Shown here in pieces: positions 52,988 to 64,000 of a DNA stretch of 64,000 nt. The stretch is from Saccostrea cucullata (taxonomy: Eukaryota). Both the position numbers and the translations under genes were made by a program. The notes below the pieces were generated by a model. It had not been told where the DNA came from, did not search any database, and saw only the letters and a program-made list of their open reading frames with translations. The first letter of the stretch is position 1. Each line of letters opens with the position of its first letter. The stretch is taken from NCBI RefSeq assembly GCF_032062105.1, contig NW_026935419.1:558001-622000 (forward strand), in the 5' to 3' direction.

Positions 52988-54712
52988 TATGGGCCACAGT
53001 GCTCATCTAAGTAACAACTGCCCTTCTTGCTTCTTTTCATAAACCCATGTGACTTTGATAACCCATAATAGCCCAATCCTATCCCCACAATCATGATTTG
53101 AACGACCTCTACAATATCTCAAATACAATATCTGAGGATGCTTCTTTAGGAATACTAGTATGACTTATCATGATTTTTGTATTTCTGTGTAAAACTTTGT
53201 TCACTCACTGTGGTGACAATCTGCAATTCTAACCCTGGGAGTCATGCTTTGAACAAACTTTAATATACACTATATTTGTGGATGCTTTCATTTAAATACA
53301 AATTATAACATGGCCTTGCTGTTCTTATTAGAAAATTTTTTGAAGATTTGTTGCGTGGACCCTGTGGTCCACGCAGTAAATATATAAGCGAAGTTATACC
53401 GGATGCCCTGGGCAAACGACAGGCTACGCATGCGCGAGAATGCTAGAGAGTTCGCACTTTAGGTAACTTGCCCGTTGAATAATTCGCCCCATTTGAATGA
53501 AAATTTTGCCATTCATTGGCAAATCTGCACATCGCATTACATATTCATTGCCAGATCCGTTTTTCTCTCTTTTACGTAAACTTTTATATACAAACTAAAC
53601 ATTGATTCTATGGTACAAGCACTTTAAGAAGTTACGGTATATAGATACATGTAACTTATCAACTTGAATGAAAAACGTCACTCAACGAATAGAGATAGCT
53701 TTTAAAATATAGAGCAAGTTTTCTCGGCAATTAGTTTTGTGCATCAAGGCTTGCAAAATAATTTAATATTTCAGCAATCTAAATATCGTTTGGTAAAGGT
53801 CTGTAGCAACGGCTTTTAATGTGTGTGTGTGTGGGGGGGAGGGTGACCAAAAAATTCTGCGTACTACAGCTGTGCTACTCGTGAACCATCAGATCTCCAT
53901 TTTTCCCATGATAAATTAATCCAGAACAGTATGAATTACACGTATCAAAATAACCCAATTTTTTAAGCTGACAAAAACTATATAAAGGTCGCTAATCGCA
54001 GATAAAATTTCACAATTTTGCTTTGAGACTACAATCAGTTTTAAGTAAGCAGATCATTGTAGTAAAAGTGAAAAAACCTACATGAATATTCCCTACACAT
54101 AGAAATTTTCTTAATTGAATATCAGTTAGAAAAAACATGCATATGGTCCACGTATTACAGTCCTTTTTTAAAGGACTGCAACTTGTCTTATGTATTTCCT
54201 TTGGAAAATGTTGATCTCCAAAGTAGCCTCACCATACCACCAGAGGTCATGATTTGAACAAACATGAATCTACAGCTTTTGAGCATGCTTTCCTACCAAT
54301 ATAACAAATCAGTTTTGTTGTTCTAAGAATTTTTTTTGAAAACCCATGTAAATCTCTTATTTCTCATTGAATCCCCACCACACCCCCTCTAGTGCCATGA
54401 TTTGTACTTTAATCTACACTATTGTAGCTTCAAATAAGTTTCATCTTTTCCAGCCCAGTGGTTCTTCTTAATACTCTTTTTTTTTTTTTACTTTTTCCTA
54501 AATCTCCCTCCCCCCTCCACATAGGGTGTAGCCCTTCATTTAAACAAATTTGAACCCCCTTTATTTGACATTTTTAGGATACTCTGTGATAAGTTTGGTT
54601 GAAATTTGCCCAGTGGTTCTGTAGAAGGAGATGGACTTAAAGTAAAAAGTACAAGAATGGAAAGTGGATAAATTTTGATCAGAAAAGCTTACCTGAGCCT
54701 TCAGCTCAGGCC
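52988..54712 (+). mobile_element. Decayed Cg170-bearing HINE interrupted by an ~840-bp insertion (~53348-54185)
   Basis: atgggccacagtgctcatct start, degenerate gtcatgatttgaacaaac.tgaatctaca units, gatcagaaaagcttacctgagccttcagctcagg end, as in 58084-59632. Confidence 0.65.
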
Positions 54713-57700
54713 ATGAGAATGAACCTGTTTAACTTTTAACCTGTGATATCAACAGCAACATTCTTAAGCTGCATCCAGGTTTATATTGTAAATTCTGTGT
54801 GTATAATGTATATCACTTCTAGGCCCCTTGGCCTCCACTTTCTCAGGACATTAATCCTTTGTTCTCATTTGAACTACACAAATATTTCCTTAATAATCCA
54901 AGTAGCTCAGGTAATGAAATCTCAGATGATTTATATCCCCAATCTTTCCTCCTAATGTTGAAAAAGAAAACATTTCAGGAAAGAATAAGGGTAGATATGA
55001 GGTCAATTATGTGTCATCAAAGTAAAACAGAGTAACATTTAGACTTCTCTCAGTCAGGTTAAATGTAAAGTAAACACTCAAAAGTCTTGAGCAATGTTAC
55101 CCTTTAGAAACAATCAAAATATTTTTTACAATCTTAACTTCGCATTCACATAGTTTTTCTGCTCATTAATTTCTTCATTATTATTTATACAGTTTTTCTC
55201 TCCAATTTCTGGCTTTCTTTTTGTTTTGTTTTGTTTTGTTTTTTTTTTTAAGTATATTGTTAGAAAACTAATTCCTGTCGGTATTTTAAGAATCATTTTA
55301 GTTCTTCATTTTAACATATCCAAAACAAGATCATTTGCTCTCATTCAAGCAAATTTCTCATAAAACTCAGCTTCTACTCACTCAATTAAATGTTTGAACT
55401 TTTACAATTTCAAAATACAACCAACTTATAGGCAGACGGACTTATACGCGAGTATATATGGTAACAAAGATTCTGTGAAAGTCTCATTCAATTTCATTCA
55501 GTGGCAAAAGAGTTGTGGATAAGAGATGTGTACCCCAAAAGTTTTAATTAAATACACTTTATTTAGATGGTCATTGACTCTTCATTGACAAAATTTTCAC
55601 GAATTGTGGTCAGTGCTCTATATAATTTTAAGGAATTTTATTATACACGAGAATGAAATTTTCGCGAGCATACCATCTCGCGTAATCACGCGAAAATAAA
55701 GTTCTCGCAAATAAAAAGTGATTTACAGTAAAGATGGATGGACATCCTGTTTACGATATTCTCTCTTACTTTTCAAGGGGGGTGGGTAGTGGGATGGGGT
55801 TATTATACTTGTCAAGACAAAAATTAAGAGGAGTTTTGTATTACTGTACATGTATCAATGTATTTTTTAAAATGCAAGTATGGGTCAATGTCAAATGCAT
55901 TGTATGATAATGAATCAGGCAACCCTCAGCTACTGGCAAAGTTAGCAAAACCAGATCATATAGATATAAAATGTATCTGTTTGTATGTCAAGTGATCAAA
56001 GTGATATTAAAGATAAAATAGTCAAAATTTTCTGATAAAAAGAAACCTTTTACATAAACAAGTAAATCATGCAATGATGCATGCTATTTGTGAAAAATTG
56101 TTTCTATTTGAGCTATTCTTCATGCTGACATTACATTACAATTTGTTTTAAAAAAAAACCTACAGCAATATCTCAGATTGCTACATAACAAAAATGTCCA
56201 TGACTTGTTTTCTTTACTTTTAAATTCATCTTCTATTCCCCAACAGGCTCTATATTTATTATATAATAGCATTGAGTCAACTGACCTCACCTGGGACATT
56301 TCTAAAAAGTAAAAGTAGCTAAAAGGATACTATTTTGAAGTTAGAATGACATTAAAACAGAGCGGGGAGTGTAACAAGGGGGATTCATACTGCATGGCTA
56401 TCAAAATACAGCTAAATATACAATGGAATGGATAGCCTGGTAAAAGATTATTTTCTTTCATTCAAAAAGCCCAATCTTTTAAAATATATATAATTAAAAC
56501 ATATTCCAAGAAATTAAGTAACATTTGTCAAATGAGCAAGTAAAACATTTACTTACATTGCTGAAACAATAACAATTTATCAGTGACATTTATAAGTAAA
56601 AAATACATTCCATAAAATATGCAGTCCTACATTTGTTTTTACCCTTCGTAGACCGTTTTGTTCACCTTGTTTATTTTTCAAGGTGTACTTCAATACCTTT
56701 AAATTTCTAGAAACCTTGCCAGGACATTAAGCTTCTTATATTTCAGGGAAGTTTTAGCTGGAAATCCTGCCTAGAAAATTTAAAAGGCTACACACATGAC
56801 TAAGTCTTGAATAAAATGTGCTACATGAAATTTTATGAACCCCTTCTTTTTATGTAGACTTGGATACATAAAGGCTCTATTTATACACCTGATCTCATTA
56901 AAATCCATAACTAAATTCAATTGTATTGCAAAATAAATTCATATTTTGACCCCGATTTTTTTTTTATAACTGTATGTTCCAAACAGAATCCTGACATGAC
57001 ACTATATCTTAACCCTGCAATCATTTTTGTTCAGGAATTTCAAAACAATCTTACCAGTTTTCAAAGTGGTCATCTTTATGATCAATGTAATGATAAACAA
57101 TTTTAAACAAATCTGCTACCACAAACATGATAATAAAATCTACACACTGGTATAAATATAGATAACTCTCTTCACCTTGCATCATTACTGCATACATGAT
57201 TACTTACAAAAATTAAAATGCATAATTGAATGTAAACAGATGTTTAAAAGTTACTCCTTAATACACGAGGAAAATTCTGCGGCTTGAAATGTTTTGGAAT
57301 TATTTTTCCATCTTGTTATTCACATGCAATACTAAACCCTGTATTTGCAAATGGGCCAATCTTTTAATACGATGTATTATGACATGGCTTTTATGTCCAT
57401 CAGTCTGTCTGTCTGTTAGCTTTAACGCATCTAGCTTTTAACTTATATACCGGTACTATGAAGTCTAAAATGATAAAAAATTGTCAACTGGTACATCTTG
57501 GGCAGCAAATGTGTCACACATTAAAAGTAGGCCACTGTGATCTTTAATATAAGATGAAAAGGCAAAATATAACAAAATCCTGTCTTTCTCATGACTGGAA
57601 AAACTATTAGACTAATAACCGTATGTTTATGTAACAAGCTTTGCTCGTATGCAAATAATTTGCATATGTGCGGCACATATTTTGGTTGACCAGTCAGGGG

Positions 57701-58081
57701 CTATGTTGAACATGTAGCTTTTTTTCTTAAATTAAAATTCTTCACACTATATATTTTTTTATTTAACTGAATAAATTTTAGTACATTACACATAATAAAC
57801 CATGAAACGTGAAAATTCAGTCTCAGTAAAATTCATTTTCAAACCCAAGCCCTGTCCTGGATGCAGCTAGTTCTAGTCTATCATCACTTATAATGACCAG
57901 AATCTTCTGCCAAAGTTAACAATTTGCTTTTTCTCAAAGTGGCTTCAATCAAAAATTATTCTCAATATTCTCTGGCTATAACAATTTCTTTTTTTATGTA
58001 GCTTAAGAAAATTGACTTCATCGTAAAGACACATGCATGTTTACTGGTAACAACTGTCTCACAATTTACTGTATGTGTACT

Positions 58082-58083
<2 letters not shown>

Positions 58084-58118
<35 letters not shown>

Positions 58119-59443
58119 CACTGTGGCTTGGAAAAGGTAGAAAATTGGTTTATTATTGAAAAGTTTTAATCCAAAAGAAGTCCCATGACAAATCATGGCT
58201 TTACTATTCTTGAGAAGATGATTTTTAAAGAATTTTTCTATATATTTCTATGTAAAAATTTGGTCGGCCATTGTGGCCCCGCCCTACCCCTGGGGGTCAT
58301 GATTTGAACAAACTTGAATCTACACTACCTGAGGATGCCTCCATATAAATATGACCAATCATGGCTTTGTATTTCTTGAGAAGAAGATTTTTCAAGAATT
58401 TTCCTATATATTTCTATGTAAAACTTTGGTCGGCCATTGTGGCCCCGCCCTACCCTCGGGGGTCATGATTTGAACAAACTTGAATCTACACTACCTGGGG
58501 ATGCTTCCATATAAATATGATGAATTATGGCTTTGCTATTCTTGAGAAGAAGATTTTTAAAGAATTTTCCCATATATTTCTATGTAAAACTTTGATTCCC
58601 CATTTTGGCTCTGCCCTACCCCCAGGGGTCATGATTTGAACAAACTTGAATCTACACTACCTAGGGATGTTTCCATATAAATATGACCAAACATGGCTTT
58701 GTTATTCTAGAGAAGAAGATTTTTAAAGAATTTTCCTATATATTTCTATGTAAAACTTTGGTCGGCCATTGTGGCCCCGCCCTACCCCCGGGGGTCATGA
58801 TTTGAACAAACTTGAATCTACACTATCTGAGGATGCTTCCATATAAATATGACCAATCATGGCTTTGTTATTCTTGAGAAGAAGATTTTTCAAGAATTTT
58901 CCTATATACCGTATACAGGGAAATTTTCGCCCTTGTTTTATATATTTCTCAAAGAATACAGTATAATTTCTTAAACAAAACTATGACTGGGCGAATTTAA
59001 AATGGTGCAAAATTGTTAGCAAGAGTGAAAGGGCGAAAATAAGACAGGGCGAAAATAACCCTGTATACAGTATTTCTATGTAAAACTTTGGTCGGCCATT
59101 GTGGCCCCGCCCTACCCCCGGGGGTCAAGATTTGAACAGACTTGAATCTACACTACCTGAGGATAATTCCACATGAGTTTCATCTTTCCTAGCTCAGTGG
59201 TTCTTGAGAAGAAGATTTTTAAAGATTTTTCCTATATATTCCTATTTAAAACTTTGATCGGCCATTTTGGCCCAACCCTACCCCCGGGGGTCATGATTTG
59301 AAAAAAATTGAATCTACACTACCTGAGGATGATTCCACATGAGTTTCATCTTTCCTGGCCCAGCGGTTCTTGAGAAGAAGATTTTTAAAAAATGCCAATA
59401 ATTTTTTCTTAATTCATAATTATCTCCCCTTGGAAAAGGGCAT

Positions 59444-59494
<51 letters not shown>

Positions 59495-59632
59495 GCAAGT
59501 TTGGTTGAAATTGGCCCACCGGTTCTTCAGAAGAAGTCGAAAATGTGAAAAGTTTACGGACAGACAGACGGATGCCGGACAAAATGTGATCAGAAAAGCT
59601 CACTTGAGCCTTTGGCTCAGGTGAGCTAAAAA
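58084..59632 (+). mobile_element. Helentron-associated HINE with ~166-bp Cg170/HindIII-like satellite array (~7 monomers)
   Basis: aacaagaggcccatgggccacatcgctcacctgagc start; monomer ...ggtcggccattgtggccccgccctacccccgggggtcatgatttgaacaaacttgaatctacactacctgaggatg...; gacagacagacgg; terminal hairpin agctcacttgagcctttggctcaggtgagct. Satellite name is from recall. Confidence 0.85.
58907..59072. mobile_element. TA-MITE inserted in a satellite monomer
   Basis: taccgtatacagggaaattttcgccc ... gggcgaaaataaccctgtatacagta splits cctata|tatttctatg. Confidence 0.8.
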
Positions 59633-59719
59633 GCGGGCTTCATATTTCAGCGGCTTTGGCGCAGACAACAATGCGCTAATTTATGAATACCACTAAGAAA
59701 TCATTTATATATATATATA

Positions 59720-60601
59720 TATGCTCAACAAAAAAAGAAACGCATATTCAGATTAAACAATAAACATAATAATCAAAGTTTTCATTTTAAACCTTATATT
59801 TTAAAAGTGATTTTAGTGTGTGTTGTGATAAAAATCAAACATGTTCTATGTTGCGAATTGAAAACTTAAGTTGATGTCATTGTCGTCGATCGCCTCCAAA
59901 TTCTAGGGGCATACCGTCTTAACCAATGTCTCAGCGCTAGTTGATTTCCAATGACCAGACATCTTGCACGAATACCAACTCCTCTAAGTCCTCTCAAAAG
60001 AAATTGTGCACTTTTATGCAGATTTTTCATCCATCAATTGCAGCAGCAGTTTGTACAGCAGTTCTGTGTCGATTGCACAGGTGCTGAAGGCAGAGCTGAT
60101 GGTCCTGCTTGGGTGTGGAAACCTGTGGAAGGCCAGTCCTTGGTCTGTCATCCATGCTTCCTAGCTGGTGGAGATGTACGTTTAACTGCTGCAAATTGAT
60201 TGATGTACACCAAATGCAGTTGCAACTTCCTGTTGCGTAGCTCCGTTTAGTATCATCATTAGCCCTGTTGCATTCATCTTTGTTTAGGCATGGCAATGCA
60301 GCATCAACATTGCAATCAAATCTTACATATGGGTTAAAAGGAGTGTTCATTGATTTCCTAAATCCAAAATATCAATGAAAGTAGACCCCTGATTTACAAT
60401 AAATCATGTAAAACACTTTTTTCATAAACATTACTAATCAAGGGAAATAATTCAACACTAGGATTTTAAAAGCACATGTTGTCCTTTAAATACCTGTAGG
60501 TCACAGGTACCCCTTGATAAAAAAAAATAGTTGTTCCATAAACTTTTTCAAAATTTCTATGATAAGTAAAACAATATGCGTTTCTTTTTTTGTTAAGTAT
60601 A
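59720..60601 (-). mobile_element. Internally deleted Tc1-like DNA transposon with transposase N-terminal remnant
   Basis: TIRs tgctcaacaaaaaaagaaacgcata / atatgcgtttctttttttgttaagta in TA context; minus-strand peptide ...QEVATAFGVHQS...DDRPRTGLPQVSTPKQD...HLCNRHRTAVQTA resembles Tc1 HTH and GRPR region; no DDE domain. Confidence 0.8.
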
Positions 60602-63600
60602 CATACAATGTAAAAAATACTTTTGTAGCTCTAAATCATGATTTCGTCAACAACTCCATACCCACGTGATTGCGCTAAATTCTGAATACTCAAATTTATG
60701 TACAAGTAAAGTAGTACTAATTGTCTTCATACCAATCCATTAGAATCTAAAATCATTAACATTATATTTTACCTTTCAGTGTTGTCTTCTTTTTGAATAA
60801 GTGATACAATAAACACAGTTCAAGAAAACACTAGTACTAAATAGTAGAGATACAAAAAATATATCATTCATAATGAGAATGCTAAGAAAAAAAAAATCTC
60901 AGAGGATACTTTTCTGTTTTGTCAAATGTGCATTCAATTGCATCAATGTAGACTATAAAATCAATATCGTTTGATTTTTGTTATGAACTGTAAAACAGAC
61001 AAGACTATATGCATTTTGTCTTTACCTGATATGTAACCTAGGGGTATACCAAATCATCATATCTTACAATCAGATCAAAAGTGCATTCAACTATTGGTAA
61101 TATTCAGATCTATAAAAATGGAGTGGTCCTTTATGGTCCTGATGTTATTTCATGAGAGAAAATGTATAATTTCTTTGAAAAAAAAATTACTGTAAAATTT
61201 TACCCTTTTATGCCAGTGAACTACAATGATTTCAATTATAAGTTTCTTCCACTGTCAATTTCATATAAAATCAGTCTGTTTTTTAAATCAGGTTGATAAA
61301 TAGGCTTTTCAAGCACTTGCCAATATAAGCTAGTACATAATCAAAACTCACCCCACATGAACATGTATCAATTTTAACTTGCCCAACCAAACTCCATAAA
61401 TTCGCCCATTCATGCACCCCTAAAATTCCCAAGGATGATATTTTATCTAAACATACTAAAGCTAAAGGAATGCCTCTATGATTCTGAAATTCATATACTA
61501 TGATAATTTTTCAGCAGATCTATATTTTAAATGGTTTAAAGATGCTGATCAAATTGAAAAAAAAAATCTTACAATTGATGTGCTTGAAGGAAAGTGTGCT
61601 CACGGGCATCATATCCATCATACATTGTGCAATATACAGTATCTCTCTTATCCCTGTAATTAAGCCTTTCAGTTATAGGTTAATCAAACTGATTTCAGGT
61701 CCGACACCTGTTTCCTCAGTATTGTTGCATCTTAAATGATACTCAATAACTTTTCAGGTTTATATATTGACAGATGTGAAAGGGGAGGGGGTAACATGAG
61801 TTTTAATGCAAGAAAAATTATCTTTTGGATATGTCTTATGATTAATATGCTACTTAAACAAAAAAAAATCAGGACCAAAATAATTTAGGGTATTATTAAA
61901 TTCCTGTGGAAGTAATGACAAAAATGTAAGGAACATAGTTGATCTGCAGAATTTGAATTGGCGGTTCAAATATACAGAGAATAAAATAAAGAAACTGAAA
62001 CAGAATTTTTTCGTGGGTAATGTTTAATTTCATTCAGAGGGTGTCACTGTAGCTCTCTGGTGGTCCATCCATTTTTGTTCTTCAGACCAGGGAGCTACTT
62101 CATTAATCCAGTATGTGTGAATACATGTATATGCCAACAAGGCAGAAAAGTTTTGAATTATGTCAACACGAAGGTGGATACAGGGCCGGTGTGCCAGCTG
62201 TGCCCCCCCCCCCCCAAGTTTGAATTTTTTTGTTTAAATTCTGTTTGTACTAGCCTAAAATCAAGGGGAAAATACCTCCTATTTGTTAGAATTTCCTCAG
62301 TTTTCTGGGGCCTTATAAAAACAATGCCCCCAGACCCCCATCAGGGCTTTGCCCTAGACCAGGGATCTATAATCTATATACTAAGGGATGAGCAACTCTC
62401 ACAAGTCTCGCGATATCTCGTAAGTCCCAGGATTTCATAAGTCAACTTTAATTAATTGTATCTCTAAAGCTATCAAATATTTCAGCTTAAAACCTTTAAT
62501 TATATCTATCAAAAAATTATTCAAGATTTGTAAGCATTGATTATATTTCTTATCTTAGTAGTTACAAATTACGTTTATTTCAAAATTAGCACATGCCCCT
62601 GATCGCCCATATTTCCAAGAAATCGCTAATTTTGGTGTCTGTTTTCTTTATATTTAAATTACATTATAATATATGCTTAAAATTTAATTAAAAATACATT
62701 CCATAATACATAAAAGGAATTAAAAACTTTAATCAGAAAACAAACTTTTTACTGGGAATAAACATAGTTTGAAAAACTTGTAGTGTTGTGAATGTGATGT
62801 TTTGGGTAAATAAACAAGGTGATGAAGGAGTTGCCAATCCCATTACTATATACCGTCCCTGCCTGGACCACTGGGAGCCCCTAGACCCCCTACCTTCTAC
62901 TGCTCCCCACCAACCCGACTCCCTTGTTATTAAATTCCTAGATTCGCCGCTGCAACGTATGCATCTTTAACAGTATAATTCACTTTCAGACCTATGAAAT
63001 ACTAGTATGTAAGCTTCTCAGAACTTTTGGAGTTGTATCAATTAATTCTGAAGTTGAGAAAATAAATATTTATATTAAAATAATTCAGTGACTGTTGTGT
63101 TGAATGAACTTCCATTATGTCACATGACACTCATTTAAATACCCACAAAGATCTTTTTAATACTAAAAATATATATTTTGTAACTTACCTACAACTTCAC
63201 AAAATTTACTTTTCTATGTCAACTCCATCTAGATCTACCCGTTCAATGTGAAGGTCACGTCTCGATAAGTTTATCATCGTGACAAAATATTGGGCTCACA
63301 GTCAGCTGAGCTTACATATTTGATAGAATTAAGAATGATCCTTTCACGGATAAACTTTAACCAAATAAATTAAAATGATACCTTTAGTTTTCATTCCTCT
63401 CTGAACAGTTGTAGAAACTTCTCAAAGTTTTGTCACAGGTTCCACCCGATAAGTTTTGCCCCATGAACCTTTTGTGTTCACCTTACACAGAAGAGTTCCA
63501 CTGTTTACCTTTTCTAGGCATATGTAATGTTTACTTAGATACACATCACACAGTCAATAAAAATTATATCCTTACCAAGTTGGCAGTCGAATAACCTCAT

Positions 63601-64000
63601 CTTAAATGTGCAAATAAGTAAAATAGGAAACCAAATAAAGATCAGAATTTACAGTTCCTATTCTCTGTGTTGGTTAAAGCACGCGATATGATGCACATGT
63701 ACGTACCATGCGACCTTCAGTAGTAGGCCTAGTACTGAGCAGAAGGGCTGGTGCACTGATCAGAGTTAATTATAATTTGTAATTTTAGCCAATGAAATTA
63801 AATACATTACATGTATATATTTTAGAATGAATCCTTGATTCATCTATTCGTATCACATAAGATTAATTACGCTAAAATTATACACGACAGACGATGTTTC
63901 CCTGAAATCTTATATTTACGCAGGTAGTTTCAACATTTCACTGTAAATCTTATTCTAGGAAACAATATTACCTAATAATACCACAAAGAAAAATATTAAT

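Noticed and set aside
63189-63305. Upstream coding exon of the zinc-finger gene (donor at ~63188)
   Set aside because: Stops in all three frames; at most an untranslated exon, which cannot be supported without transcript data.

Overview
AT-rich, intron-containing eukaryotic DNA. The repeats (Helentron-type HINE elements carrying a ~166-bp Cg170/HindIII-like satellite, many TA-MITEs) point to a bivalve, probably an oyster; this is an inference. Genes rebuilt by hand from GT-AG junctions: (1) a complete 30-coding-exon ULK4 pseudokinase gene (minus, 20033->3925, ~1294 aa); (2) a tandem pair of aldose 1-epimerase (GALM) genes on plus with identical exon sizes. Copy A (24473-32035) has an extra first exon encoding a type II transmembrane anchor. 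Copy B (37316-41287) is predicted cytosolic and keeps the catalytic His/Glu but has Ala/Val at conserved sugar-binding Asp/Gln positions; (3) a five-finger C2H2 zinc-finger gene (minus, 48480->46826) with a long putative 3' UTR; (4) possibly the 5' end of another minus-strand gene at the left edge. Mobile DNA includes a non-autonomous BEL/Pao LTR element in a GALM-A intron (5-bp TSD, tRNA-His PBS, a second tRNA-His match inside the LTR), a 3'-truncated RTE-like LINE, a deleted Tc1, a tRNA-derived SINE, several HINEs and MITEs. The most unusual structures are a ~26-copy 59-bp array made of a ULK4 exon end plus its 5' splice site (echoed by two smaller donor duplications in the same gene) and the apparent division of labour between the two GALM paralogs. 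All coordinates were read by eye.
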